From a virus: a stretch of DNA of 64,000 nt. Positions 47,383-57,396 of the stretch are shown here, one piece after another; the stretch's first letter is position 1, and the number at the start of each line of letters is the position of its first letter. Made by a program: the position numbers and the translations under genes. Where the stretch lies: positions 32,001 to 96,000 of the IMG/VR virus record IMGVR_UViG_3300030107_005430; one strand, 5' to 3'. The notes beneath the pieces were generated by a model. That model was given only the letters and a program-made list of their open reading frames with translations, did not search any database and was not told where the DNA came from.

Positions 47383-48126
47383 TTATTCTTCTTCATCATC
47401 ATTGAAGTAATCATCAAGATCTACTGGCCAGTCTGTCCAGCGATTTCCAAAATTGGGGTTGTCTTTTTCGTTTCCGGTGTACGGAGTATTTTTACCTTTA
47501 AGGTAATTCATCAACTCCAAGACATCCATCTTATCAACGATCCCATCTTCCACTAAAGTTAAAAGAACTTCGGGTGGGAAAAATAATGTCATGGAAACAA
47601 AATTTTTCATCATACCTTCTTCTTTTTCTTCCTCAGAATCAAAATCTTGAAGAGGATCAAAACCTTCTTCTAAATCTTCATCGTTTAGATTTACTGGTTC
47701 TTGACTTCCATCTTTTAAATTCTTGTTTAATTTGTTAAACAATTCAATCATTTTCAATTCTTCTTCAAGTCTTGGATCAGAACTTTTATTTGGATTCATG
47801 TTATACTTATTAATCTTCGTTGGCGTCGGAAAAACATCTTGCTTTTCTTTTTCTATCTCATAAAGATCAATTGCTTCTTCTGCTGGTGTTAAAAAAGACG
47901 CAACATGATCCTTTGGAATTTTAGTCTGTATTTCGTTTGTGAACGACAACCAATCTTTAAGAACGGTAACTTCTTTCTGGTGTCCAAATCCATCATAAAC
48001 ACTCATTGTCTTAAAAATCATTGGTCTTTCGAGAACGTATTTATTACCACTCTGTCCTTTAATTGCAGTTATTAACTGTTCTCCGCTTCTCAACTTTAGA
48101 ATTCGATATGAATCATTCTTACCCAT
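47383..48126 (-). CDS. Conserved hypothetical protein downstream of uvsW (Sm-like N-terminal domain, acidic tail)
   Basis: ILKLRSGEQLI...L..P...W pattern seen at this position in marine T4-like phages. Confidence 0.7.
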   Translation of the reverse strand: MGKNDSYRILKLRSGEQLITAIKGQSGNKYVLERPMIFKTMSVYDGFGHQKEVTVLKDWLSFTNEIQTKIPKDHVASFLTPAEEAIDLYEIEKEKQDVFPTPTKINKYNMNPNKSSDPRLEEELKMIELFNKLNKNLKDGSQEPVNLNDEDLEEGFDPLQDFDSEEEKEEGMMKNFVSMTLFFPPEVLLTLVEDGIVDKMDVLELMNYLKGKNTPYTGNEKDNPNFGNRWTDWPVDLDDYFNDDEEE

Positions 48127-48135
48127 ATTACTCCC

Positions 48136-49620
48136 CTATAGTCGTATATTTGTCGTTTTAAACTTAAACTTCTCATTAGTATATATCTTTATTCTTTCAT
48201 TCATATGCTTGAATGTGTGGTTAACATATTTCTTATAACACAAATCATCACATATATCATATAATTTTACTTTTTCTTTTTCAGTAGATTTTCTCAATCC
48301 TCTACCAATCGACTGCAAAACACGAATCACAGATTTAGAAGGAGAAGCAAAAATAATGTTATGAATATTACGAATGTTAATTCCTGTAGAACAAGTTCCA
48401 TAAGAAGCAACAAGTATTGCATCTTTCTCAGAATCTACAATCTTTCTTATTTCTTCTCTCAATCCCACTTCGGTTCCTCCGTGTATTAGAAACACTTTTC
48501 TATCTGGACATGTTTTTTTTATAAGTTCGTATAGTGGTTTTCCATGAGAGTCAACATAATTAAAAAGAAGTAGAGTATTTCCATTTATATTTCCACATAG
48601 ATTGGAAATAAATTCGTTTCTTTTTTGATTCTCCACAATCCATTTGATTTCTTCTTGATATGTTACTCGTTTCACTTCCTGAACATCATTCATTTTATAT
48701 TTTAAAAGTAAACAACTAATTTCTAAGTCCGATAGAACATCACTGTCCATTAGTTCCTTTGTTGTAGTAACATTATACACTTTGCCGAACAAACCTTCAA
48801 TTACTAATTTATGAGTTTGTGTTCCGTCTAATGTTCCTGTAGTACCAATTCTATACGGACAATCTTTCAATTTAGTCATGAGAGTTGTTAGAGATTTAGA
48901 CTTAAAGAAATGACATTCATCTCCAAAAGCAGCACCAAAGGAATCAAAATATTCATCCTTCATTTTGTATATTGATTGCCATGTTGATATTACTATTCTT
49001 TTGTTCGTTACTTTATCCTGTCCTGAAAATATCACATGACATTCCTTTTCTATATCCCAGTTGTCCTTCGAAGAATAATCTTTAAAGTCATTATACATCT
49101 GTGATACAAGTCCTGTTGTTGGGACAATGATTAATATTTTTTTCTCTGGTGAAAGAAGTTTATCATATAAACGAACGAGAGAATATATGATCATAGATTT
49201 CCCACTTCCGGTGGGAGATAGAAGCAGACACCTTTCATTATTTACTGCATGTTCAATTGCTTTAATTTGATAATCGTATGGTTTTATTTTATTACCATGA
49301 GCATGTAAATATAATGAATCAATAAATTGTTGTATTTGAGAAGATGGTATTTTACTTGGAGATGAACTAGAGTCTGCTATCGTGTAGTTTCTATCTTGTG
49401 CAAATTTGTGAACGTAATCTACCAATCCTCTATAGAGGGTTCTTGTATAAAGATTGAATAATCTTATTTGTCCATCCCACATCTTATTTCGGTATGCAGG
49501 AGTATATTGATGATTTGGTACAGTAAAGGTAAAGAAGTCGGAAAGTTCCTTTGCAATTCCCTTTTCCGAGTCTATTCTAATATAAACAGAATCTATTGGT
49601 GTTATACTTAAATCTGTCAT
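48136..49620 (-). CDS. uvsW: SF2 helicase UvsW
   Basis: SPTGSGKS, DECH, GTTGT, QSIGRGLR. Confidence 0.97.
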   Translation of the reverse strand: MTDLSITPIDSVYIRIDSEKGIAKELSDFFTFTVPNHQYTPAYRNKMWDGQIRLFNLYTRTLYRGLVDYVHKFAQDRNYTIADSSSSPSKIPSSQIQQFIDSLYLHAHGNKIKPYDYQIKAIEHAVNNERCLLLSPTGSGKSMIIYSLVRLYDKLLSPEKKILIIVPTTGLVSQMYNDFKDYSSKDNWDIEKECHVIFSGQDKVTNKRIVISTWQSIYKMKDEYFDSFGAAFGDECHFFKSKSLTTLMTKLKDCPYRIGTTGTLDGTQTHKLVIEGLFGKVYNVTTTKELMDSDVLSDLEISCLLLKYKMNDVQEVKRVTYQEEIKWIVENQKRNEFISNLCGNINGNTLLLFNYVDSHGKPLYELIKKTCPDRKVFLIHGGTEVGLREEIRKIVDSEKDAILVASYGTCSTGINIRNIHNIIFASPSKSVIRVLQSIGRGLRKSTEKEKVKLYDICDDLCYKKYVNHTFKHMNERIKIYTNEKFKFKTTNIRL

Positions 49621-50051
49621 ATACCCTGTGTAAACTTAATCCAGTCAATTGCGGAACGAATGTACCATTGTCGGTTGTTTATTATCTTTATGATATTTTC
49701 TAGATAGTTTACCTTTTCCTTTTGTAAAGTAACTCTATGTTGTAGAAGAATCATATCTTCATCAGAAGTTAAAAATTTATCAATATCTGTTTTGAGAATA
49801 TTCAAATCGAATGGTTCCCAACCATATGTATCCAATTCTTCTTTACTCAGTTTTCCTGTATAGTATAGCCACTTATTCTTTTTTAGAATTGCAAGATCAC
49901 TTTCCATTTTTTGTAGAATAAGTTTTTCATCTGTAAACATTATAAGATATTTATTGTGAATTTGAGGAGTCTTAAGAGACTCGACATCCAATTGTGTTTC
50001 ATCAATCTTCAGATCAATAGAAGATATTTTTCGTATTTCATCTAGTGTCAT
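49617..50051 (-). CDS. uvsY: Recombination mediator UvsY
   Basis: ID...LD.ESL..P..H.KY, YY.GK, R...I..AI.W.KF..G; AGGAG RBS supports ATG at 50051. Confidence 0.92.
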   Translation of the reverse strand: MTLDEIRKISSIDLKIDETQLDVESLKTPQIHNKYLIMFTDEKLILQKMESDLAILKKNKWLYYTGKLSKEELDTYGWEPFDLNILKTDIDKFLTSDEDMILLQHRVTLQKEKVNYLENIIKIINNRQWYIRSAIDWIKFTQGI

Positions 50052-50072
50052 TGTATAATGCTCCTTGTCTAG

Positions 50073-50100
50073 ATTATACAACGAATATATTAAAAGTCAA
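50073..50100 (-). promoter_or_regulatory. Sigma70-type promoter for uvsY-uvsW
   Basis: TTGACT-16 nt-TATAAT. Confidence 0.75.
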
Positions 50101-50103
50101 TTT

Positions 50104-50655
50104 CTACATATTTTCTATTTCATAATAAGTAAATGCAAACGAAGCAGATGCTATTACTGGTTCTGTTTCTGGTAAAGTTACATCAAAATCAATACCACTT
50201 AATGAAACAGGGAATGCTTGACGTATCTTAATTACTTTTTTCTCTTTGTATGCACTGTTTAAAACTGTAATTCTTGCATCAGAATATTTGTCATGATGAG
50301 GTGTAACATGTTTTGTTATATCATCTAAATTACCTATAGATCTCATCCATTCATAAATTTCTATCCAGTTTTTCATATCTTCATCAACAATGAATGATAC
50401 GGTCAAATCTTCAAAGTCATATCTACCACCGGGAACTTTTCCAACAACACCAAAGGCAGTTCCTTGCTCTGCTCTAGTGAAAGATATAGAAGGAAGATTT
50501 ACTCTCTGACAGAAATATGTAACCGTTGGGAGTCTTGTAAATTCAAACTTAAAGTAATTGCTTGCAAGATAATTATTCGTGTCCGGTTGTCTTGGATTGG
50601 ACACTCGATATATGTCAGGTATTCCCGCTGTTGATCCGGTGACGCCGATTGCCAT
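50104..50655 (-). CDS. gp3: Tail completion/tube terminator gp3
   Basis: NYL...FKF...RLP...YFCQ.VNLP, F.VDEDM.NW.EIY.W, FPVSLS; follows gp23. Confidence 0.88.
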   Translation of the reverse strand: MAIGVTGSTAGIPDIYRVSNPRQPDTNNYLASNYFKFEFTRLPTVTYFCQRVNLPSISFTRAEQGTAFGVVGKVPGGRYDFEDLTVSFIVDEDMKNWIEIYEWMRSIGNLDDITKHVTPHHDKYSDARITVLNSAYKEKKVIKIRQAFPVSLSGIDFDVTLPETEPVIASASFAFTYYEIENM

Positions 50656-50679
50656 GAAAATACTCCTTATGGTATACTA

Positions 50680-50687
50680 TATTTATA
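50680..50687 (-). promoter_or_regulatory. T4 late promoter TATAAATA (gp3)
   Basis: Exact consensus immediately after the gp23 terminator. Confidence 0.85.
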
Positions 50688-50688
50688 T

Positions 50689-50720
50689 AAAAAAAGAGGG
50701 GAGTCCGAAGACTCCCCTCT
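50689..50720 (-). terminator. Rho-independent terminator after gp23
   Basis: AGAGGGGAGTC-TTCG-GACTCCCCTCT then T-run; cUUCGg tetraloop. Confidence 0.95.
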
Positions 50721-50747
50721 CTCTTAGATCACTTTAGGTGTCAGTTA

Positions 50748-52112
50748 TCAGTGTAACTGTCCACCAGTGTTACCGTGGATATTGGTAACTGCGAATAATC
50801 TGTAGTACAGGTTATTGGCATCACCAAGAAGTCCATCTCCGGCTGCTGAACCCTTTGCGAATGGGTTTGCAACCATTCCGTAACGAGTCTTGAAGCCAAT
50901 CTTAGGCTGGAAGGTGTCCTCACCAACCGCACGCACCATCTGGAGTGGGACGTATGGGCAGTAGAAAATACCAGCATCATAAGGATTGCTACCTCTATAA
51001 CCTACAGTTACAAAGTTTACGTCAGCGTTAGCATAAGGATCAATGTAAACCTTCATCTTACCGTTGAGTGTACCGACGAAAGTGTTGCCGGTGTCATCAA
51101 CGTCTAGGTTGACATTGAGTGCGGGTGAGATGTTAAGGAATCCACCCATTGCTAATGCAGATGCAACATCTGCGGAGCAGATAATGAAGTTACCCTTACC
51201 ACGACGAGTATCCTTAGCAATTCTGTTTGCTTCTCTTTCGATCTGGTACATTAGACCGCGGAAGCGTTCTGCACTCCAACGACCGTCTGAGTCAGCAATC
51301 ATATTGTAAGTACCAGCAAGAAGCAGATCACTCTGCTGTGCGCCAGCAGTTGCACTACTGTAGATAGCACGAAGGAGTTCACGGTTGATTTCAGCGAGAA
51401 TTTCGGTGCTAAGAATATTAGCAAGTTCAGTCTCTGCATCGAGTCCGTGGACAGCCTTGAGGTCCTGAGCGAGTTCAGTGGTGTACTCTGCTTTGAGGGC
51501 GCGAGTTCTTGCTTCCACAGCGACTCTCTCGATTGTGAATGCCATCTGTTTGAATCCGGCAGCAGCCGAACCATCTAATGCTTCAGCAGATGCGGTAAGC
51601 AAACCACGGAACGTATCATACTCTAGTGTTCCTGTGGGATCTACACCACCAGTTGCAGTACCTGCATTTCCGGTACTTGATCTTTCTGCACCAGAGAATT
51701 TAACCTGTGCTTCCTGATAAAGAGCCTCTTGCCCACTCTGAGAATCATATCTTGCACGCATTGCGAAGATAAGTCCGGTTGGTGCGCTCATGGGCTGAAC
51801 ACCAGCAATGTCGTATGCCATTAGGTTAGGCATTGAACGACGAACGAGGCTGATTAGGATTGGATCATAACCAGCGAGGTTGCCAGTAGCGGAGGCGGCA
51901 GCAGAAACGCTGAAACCACCACCCATGTTGTTAGTGGGCTGTTCTGTGATATATTGCTCACGAAGGGCACGCTCTTGGTTCTCAAGAAGACATGCTGTTA
52001 CTTTCTTTTTATATGAATCTTCGATGGCAGGAAGATCACCGTGTCCGAGGACTGGGTTCCACTTCTCTACCAACTGATCATATGGTGTTCCTGTGTTGTG
52101 TAATTCTGACAT
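50748..52112 (-). CDS. gp23: Major capsid protein gp23
   Basis: KW.PVL, DPILISLVRR, GVQPM..PTGLIFAMR, ELAQDLKAVHGLDAE, FQPKIGFKTRYG. Confidence 0.99.
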   Translation of the reverse strand: MSELHNTGTPYDQLVEKWNPVLGHGDLPAIEDSYKKKVTACLLENQERALREQYITEQPTNNMGGGFSVSAAASATGNLAGYDPILISLVRRSMPNLMAYDIAGVQPMSAPTGLIFAMRARYDSQSGQEALYQEAQVKFSGAERSSTGNAGTATGGVDPTGTLEYDTFRGLLTASAEALDGSAAAGFKQMAFTIERVAVEARTRALKAEYTTELAQDLKAVHGLDAETELANILSTEILAEINRELLRAIYSSATAGAQQSDLLLAGTYNMIADSDGRWSAERFRGLMYQIEREANRIAKDTRRGKGNFIICSADVASALAMGGFLNISPALNVNLDVDDTGNTFVGTLNGKMKVYIDPYANADVNFVTVGYRGSNPYDAGIFYCPYVPLQMVRAVGEDTFQPKIGFKTRYGMVANPFAKGSAAGDGLLGDANNLYYRLFAVTNIHGNTGGQLH

Positions 52113-52135
52113 TGTTGTTTTCTCCTGTTAGAATG

Positions 52136-53176
52136 TCAAATTTTTCTGTTATGTCTTGCTATCGTAGAAACATACGAACCCATCGGGGTGTTAGTTTCTT
52201 CTGATAACATTTGTTGGGTATCAGTTGAACCCTCTTCTACATCATCGGATGTATGCGATTCTACTACTGGAGCGTTATTAAAATAACTTTCCTTTAGTAC
52301 TTGTAGTTTATCTCTATACTGATCTTCATTTTCAAACTCAACGCCTTCTGCTAATGAAGCGAGTCTTTCAATCTCAGTATCTGCTAGACCATGTGCCTCT
52401 TCCATGAAGATTTCACCACAACGATGTGCAATGACTTCTTTATGGAGTTCCATGTTCTTGTGCATTTCTTCGTTTAATTTCTGAGTTAAGGTTTCTTGAT
52501 TTTCAAAGAGTCCATCAAGAAGTTCGTACTTCTCTTGTGGGATATCAATATATGAACTTTCAAATAGTTGCTTTAAACCACTTATAAAGTTCTCAGTGAC
52601 ATCTGCTTTAATTCCTCTTTCAATAGCAAGTTCATTTTCTTTCATCCATTCATCAACAACATATCCGAGATAGTCATCGAGTTTTTCGGATAATTCAGAA
52701 ACTGCACCTTCTACCTGAGTAGCAAGTTCAGCCTCATAATGTTCACGAATTTCTGTTTCGATCTCTGTGATTCTTTCATTAATAGCAGCCTCAAAAATAG
52801 TAGACGCTTTGTTCATGAAAGACTCGGAAAGATCTTCACCATCAAAGAGAGCAGCGAGTGCTTGTTCTTGCTTTGCGGAAGCAGCAGATGGTTTGGGTGC
52901 GATGGTAGCCTTGTTCTTTTTATCGTTACCTTCGGTGCCCTTATCTGTGTCAATTTTAGCGTGCTTGCCTTCTGCGTCCTGATAAAGATCAGGATCTTCT
53001 TCAGTTTTAGCATTGACTACACCACGTTCTGCTTCGTTGATAGTATATGTTTTATTCATTTCTTCTGTCCCATATTTGTTAGAGATGAAATCGGCAATAG
53101 AATCCACGAATGAAGACTCGTCATTAGAGTTTTCTGTATTTTCTACTACCTGATCTAATGTGTTGTTATCTTCCAT
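52136..53176 (-). CDS. gp22: Prohead core scaffold gp22
   Basis: LSE.F..KA.TIFEAA, D.YL.YVV.EW..EN..AI, KESYF. Confidence 0.95.
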   Translation of the reverse strand: MEDNNTLDQVVENTENSNDESSFVDSIADFISNKYGTEEMNKTYTINEAERGVVNAKTEEDPDLYQDAEGKHAKIDTDKGTEGNDKKNKATIAPKPSAASAKQEQALAALFDGEDLSESFMNKASTIFEAAINERITEIETEIREHYEAELATQVEGAVSELSEKLDDYLGYVVDEWMKENELAIERGIKADVTENFISGLKQLFESSYIDIPQEKYELLDGLFENQETLTQKLNEEMHKNMELHKEVIAHRCGEIFMEEAHGLADTEIERLASLAEGVEFENEDQYRDKLQVLKESYFNNAPVVESHTSDDVEEGSTDTQQMLSEETNTPMGSYVSTIARHNRKI

Positions 53177-53217
53177 TGTGGAAATTCTCCTTTGTTAGAT
53201 TACATCTAATCATAATT

Positions 53218-53225
53218 TATTTATA
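53218..53225 (-). promoter_or_regulatory. T4 late promoter TATAAATA (gp22-gp23)
   Basis: Exact consensus in the gp21-gp22 gap. Confidence 0.85.
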
Positions 53226-53229
53226 AATG

Positions 53230-53877
53230 TCAAAGTTTTGACAAGAAATTTTCGAATAGTTTTATTGCGTTTTCTTCAAGTTGTCTACTTGAAGTATTTT
53301 TGATTTGTTTATAGTACTCATTGATATCTTTTTCATGAAGAACACCGTTGTCCCAGATCCATTCTTTCCCTTCCATAATACCATTTACAAAAGCACTAGG
53401 AGCAGAGGGATCAGCAACAATGTCTACAGCGGAAAGCATGAAGTCATCCTTTACATACTTTACGCCATTCTTTTCTTCAAGAGAACCCATACCGCGAGAA
53501 GACACACCAAGTTGTGCGCCTTCACTTACGAGATTCTTTGCGATGTTGCCCATTGGAGTATCGAGAAGTTTAGCCTTACCGACTACATCATTATTCTCAA
53601 ACTTGAGATCTTTGATCATATGTGAAACACGATCAAGATTTACTGTTGGACCTTCTGGATGATTCAATTCACCTAAAGCACGATTCTTATTTACAAATGC
53701 TTTATTGTATCTTCCTACTTCATTTTCAAGAATTTTCTTTTCGTAGATTCTACCATTTCGGTTCTTCTGCTCTGCCTGCATAAAGATACCTTGAATGAAA
53801 TGGTTCTTTTTACCAGTACTCTCATCCTCTTCGACGAGATACTGAATGTCTTCGTTCATTTCTGTGATAAGTTTCAT
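53230..53877 (-). CDS. gp21: Prohead protease gp21
   Basis: NRNGR.Y, ALGELNHP, GVSSRG.GS, DIVADPSAP. Confidence 0.97.
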   Translation of the reverse strand: MKLITEMNEDIQYLVEEDESTGKKNHFIQGIFMQAEQKNRNGRIYEKKILENEVGRYNKAFVNKNRALGELNHPEGPTVNLDRVSHMIKDLKFENNDVVGKAKLLDTPMGNIAKNLVSEGAQLGVSSRGMGSLEEKNGVKYVKDDFMLSAVDIVADPSAPSAFVNGIMEGKEWIWDNGVLHEKDINEYYKQIKNTSSRQLEENAIKLFENFLSKL

Positions 53878-54587
53878 TTTCTGGTGTTCTCCATTTCTCG
53901 TTTTTCTCGATGGTATTTTGCTTTGATCTTATCTTTTTGTTCATCGGTGAGTTTCATGTACTTATCTTTTTCCATACCATATATCATATCTGGACCACTC
54001 TCAGCGTCTTCGTGTGTGTGGGTTACTCCTCCCCCACCTCCAGCCATTGCTGACTTTACTGCACCACCAACGAGTTGTCTACCTTTACCCATCAAACCTT
54101 TCAGTCCACCACCTAATTTCTTCATCAAACCACCACCCATTTTCTTAAGCATACCTCCACCCAATTTTCGCAGTAAACCACCACCAACTGCTTTGGCAGC
54201 CATTCCTGCTAATGGTGCAAGGAAAGGTATTTCGTCTAATTGCTGTGCTTCTCTAATCTGAAGAAATTTCTCTTCTATCTTTTTTTTTATATCTTCTTTT
54301 ACTTCGTCGTCGTCTTTCTTCACTGCTTTCTTTACAGTCTTTCGACGATTCTTAAGATACTCATCAGATTCATCAGAGTCACCGTCATTGTCTACATCAT
54401 CATCTTCTGCGTCAACAGGATCAAGTCCTTCGCCATCATCATCCTTATCGGTTGCTTTTGCATACTTTGTTTTTTTCTTTTCGTCCAAGGCAGCAGCAAC
54501 CTTCTCGTAAAGATTTTCTACGATTGCTTCTTTAGCACCAAAAAGATTTTCATCTAATATGTTGGTAATGATATTTCTAGTAGACAT
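53874..54587 (-). CDS. Prohead core/internal protein with acidic DxDxDGD tract and Gly/Lys repeats
   Basis: Between gp20 and gp21; LDPVDAEDDDVDNDGDSDESDEYLKNRR; L-x-E protease-type sites. Confidence 0.7.
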   Translation of the reverse strand: MSTRNIITNILDENLFGAKEAIVENLYEKVAAALDEKKKTKYAKATDKDDDGEGLDPVDAEDDDVDNDGDSDESDEYLKNRRKTVKKAVKKDDDEVKEDIKKKIEEKFLQIREAQQLDEIPFLAPLAGMAAKAVGGGLLRKLGGGMLKKMGGGLMKKLGGGLKGLMGKGRQLVGGAVKSAMAGGGGGVTHTHEDAESGPDMIYGMEKDKYMKLTDEQKDKIKAKYHREKREMENTRK

Positions 54588-55221
54588 TAGGAGATTCCCC
54601 TATTTTATTATTCTTAGAAAAATTCATTATTTTATCAAAACTTTCTTTTGATTCCATTAGTGAATTTCTCATTATTCTTTGATTATTTATATTTAGGTTA
54701 TCGTGTGCTTTGACTAGGCCTTTTGCTTCTGCCAGAGATATTTTAACCGAACAGTTATCATTCAATGTTACCTTTATTGGTTCTTCAGACATGATAATGT
54801 TTTGTAGAGTTTTAATTATTACAGAATCTTCTGTATTTTCTTTTATTTCAGCCTTCATATCTTTTGCAATGAAGTAAAGCATTTCTTCCACATCACTATC
54901 TGCAATATCTCCAATTGTTACTTCTTTACCTTTAACAGTAACAATTCTTCTGTTAGCACCAGCATTCATTGCTGCTTTCTGAAACTTTTTAGCGTCCATT
55001 GGACTTTTAAAGATATATGAACTTGCCCCACTTCTTCCATATGCTTCATCTACATTTTCTTCACTGTCACTGGGACTAAGTAAACCCTTAGAAATCTCTT
55101 TGGTTGTATCTGAAAACCTGTCTGCAATTTTTGTTTTAATTGCAACATCAAATGCATCTTTAAAGCCATTTGCATCATCATCCATAAGAGATGAAAACAT
55201 GTTTTTTGCATTATCGTCCAT
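54577..55221 (-). CDS. Prohead core protein (gp67/gp68 position)
   Basis: Synteny; C-terminal L...NQ..M...L..S...F.K...F pattern. Confidence 0.65.
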   Translation of the reverse strand: MDDNAKNMFSSLMDDDANGFKDAFDVAIKTKIADRFSDTTKEISKGLLSPSDSEENVDEAYGRSGASSYIFKSPMDAKKFQKAAMNAGANRRIVTVKGKEVTIGDIADSDVEEMLYFIAKDMKAEIKENTEDSVIIKTLQNIIMSEEPIKVTLNDNCSVKISLAEAKGLVKAHDNLNINNQRIMRNSLMESKESFDKIMNFSKNNKIGESPNVY

Positions 55222-56756
55222 TAGTATTCTTCTCCTGTTCCCATCATATCATCTTCCGATGGTATTTCGCCTGTTTGTTTTTCATTATCTATTTGAGATT
55301 GCATTTCGTCTATTTCCTTTTGTGACTGACGCAATATATTTTTTTTGATCCATTCTGTGGAATAGTACCTACCTATATAGTCTTCCATCTGGCTTAACAG
55401 GTCTAATCTTTCTTTCATTATCTCTGTTTCTTTAAGTTCGCTAAAATAAGAATCCTGAGTCCAAGTAAAATCAATATCTTGGGATATATTCTTCCAATCG
55501 TCCTCAGTCAAAATACCTTTAAGTACTAACTGGGTCTTTAGAAGAGATACAAAAATGTTCGAGAATCTAGTTCTTAATTGCTCAATGAATTTGAAAAATT
55601 TAACTTCATCTCTTGTAATTTCAGCAGATCTTCCCATGTTGAAACCACTATCCGGCTCCATTCTACTAATGGGAACATTTAGAGATCGGTATACCTTTCG
55701 AAGAAGGTAATCTACATCTTCCATTTCACCAAGATTTTGACCACCATCTAGTGTAGAGATTTCAGTTCCCCTACCACCTTCTCTTCTTGGTAGCCAATAA
55801 TCCTCTAACATATGCATATGGTTTCTATCGTCTCTTGTTTCACCAGTAGATGGATCATATACCATCTTTGTTCGATAGCGATTCATGATGCTACGAAGAT
55901 ACTGTTCTGCCTTTTGCTTTGGAAGGTTTCCAACATCAACATAAAATATTCTTCGTTCTGGCGCTCTTGAAATCCTATAAATTACAACTGCATCTTCGAT
56001 CTGACGAAGCATGTTCATTGGTCGAATTGCTTTTTGTAAATAACCAACAACTCTCTTCGATGCAGTGTCAACCATACCTGAATGTACATAACAAATCGAA
56101 TCAGGATGAATCTTTACACCCTGAGTTGTTGTTTGATATATTGAATCTTTATCGGTATTTTTATAGATGAAAAACTCTTCTACATTTTTTACCATAGGAA
56201 CTGCATTATGTCCCATTGTTTGTTGTTGTTTATTTACTTTTCTTATCTTTTTAATCATTGTTGGATTAATTGGACGAAGTTCTTGTATTCCCTTCGAAGG
56301 ATCTGACTCATTGATTAAAATATGATAATAGAGTTTGCTGTCAACATACCACCTTCTAAAAATTTCATGTGCTTTATTTTTGAAATCTAATAATTTCAAA
56401 ACATTATCAAACTCACCATATATTTTATTTTTAATGTTATCTGATAGATTTATTGTATTTAAATTTAGAGAAACACATTTTTTAGAATCATCTAGAACAA
56501 CAGATTCGTTTATAATATCTGAGATTGCCTGATCACATTCTGGGTATAGTGCAAGTCCTCGATATTTGTTTATTAATTCGTTTTCACCACGAATAGAACC
56601 AGCAAAATCAACATAGGTTCCAAGGATACCACCTGCTTCTACTGTGTGAGTTCCATCATAACTCTCGGGGGCAACAAATGACTTCAAAGACTCTGATTGT
56701 TTATCAGAATTCTTTTGTTTCTTTCCAATTTGAAAACCAAAAAAGTCTATTGGCAT
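55221..56756 (-). CDS. gp20: Portal protein gp20
   Basis: IYRISRAPERRIFYVDVGN, EDYWLPRREGGRGTEI.TL.GG, ITRDE.KF. Confidence 0.99.
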   Translation of the reverse strand: MPIDFFGFQIGKKQKNSDKQSESLKSFVAPESYDGTHTVEAGGILGTYVDFAGSIRGENELINKYRGLALYPECDQAISDIINESVVLDDSKKCVSLNLNTINLSDNIKNKIYGEFDNVLKLLDFKNKAHEIFRRWYVDSKLYYHILINESDPSKGIQELRPINPTMIKKIRKVNKQQQTMGHNAVPMVKNVEEFFIYKNTDKDSIYQTTTQGVKIHPDSICYVHSGMVDTASKRVVGYLQKAIRPMNMLRQIEDAVVIYRISRAPERRIFYVDVGNLPKQKAEQYLRSIMNRYRTKMVYDPSTGETRDDRNHMHMLEDYWLPRREGGRGTEISTLDGGQNLGEMEDVDYLLRKVYRSLNVPISRMEPDSGFNMGRSAEITRDEVKFFKFIEQLRTRFSNIFVSLLKTQLVLKGILTEDDWKNISQDIDFTWTQDSYFSELKETEIMKERLDLLSQMEDYIGRYYSTEWIKKNILRQSQKEIDEMQSQIDNEKQTGEIPSEDDMMGTGEEY

Positions 56757-56791
56757 GATATATTTCCCTTTGTGTTATTACCTTCACATAG

Positions 56792-56799
56792 TATTTATA
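56792..56799 (-). promoter_or_regulatory. T4 late promoter TATAAATA (gp20)
   Basis: Exact consensus upstream of the portal gene. Confidence 0.85.
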
Positions 56800-56806
56800 A
56801 TGATTA

Positions 56807-57382
56807 TTATGCCATGGGCCCGGGATCAAATCCACCATCTTCTTCACCCTCAACTCCTTTAGCCCCACTACCAGTCCAAAAATCATATGCAAGAGTACAT
56901 GAAAACTCACTCAAAGAATCTGCAACATCCATTGATAAATCAATAGGACTTATTGAGAGAGGCCAACAATTATGAAGAGTAACAGTTCTTATCGGAGAAT
57001 CTGCTTTGGTTCCCATATGTTCCACCATCTCAACAGTCCATTGAACTTGATCATCATTTTGACTTGGATCTTTAGTCAAATTTTCAACATGACTGTTAAT
57101 TTTATCTCCCCAAGTGATTAATTTTTCACGAAGGGATGGATTATCATCTAACATTGTAAATGTCCAAGGTTCAAAAATTCTATCACCGGGAATTCTTAAA
57201 CCTCTTCCTCTATATGGAATTACAATTTCACCCATTGTGGCAGCAGGCATAGATGCTGCTTTCACTAAAAAAGATTGATCAGAAATGTCTCCAGAACCGG
57301 GAATATTTCCAGTGACTCTGAATCTATTCGGTCTTGTTCCGCCCTTAAACTTTGCTCTAAAATCAGCAATATTAGAAGACAT
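56807..57382 (-). CDS. gp19: Tail tube protein gp19, copy 2
   Basis: GGTRPNRF, KAAS.P, PYRGR...IPGDR.F..W..T..D, WP..I..I.LS, F..TLAYD.W. Confidence 0.93.
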   Translation of the reverse strand: MSSNIADFRAKFKGGTRPNRFRVTGNIPGSGDISDQSFLVKAASMPAATMGEIVIPYRGRGLRIPGDRIFEPWTFTMLDDNPSLREKLITWGDKINSHVENLTKDPSQNDDQVQWTVEMVEHMGTKADSPIRTVTLHNCWPLSISPIDLSMDVADSLSEFSCTLAYDFWTGSGAKGVEGEEDGGFDPGPMA

Positions 57383-57396
57383 TTACTATCTCCAAA

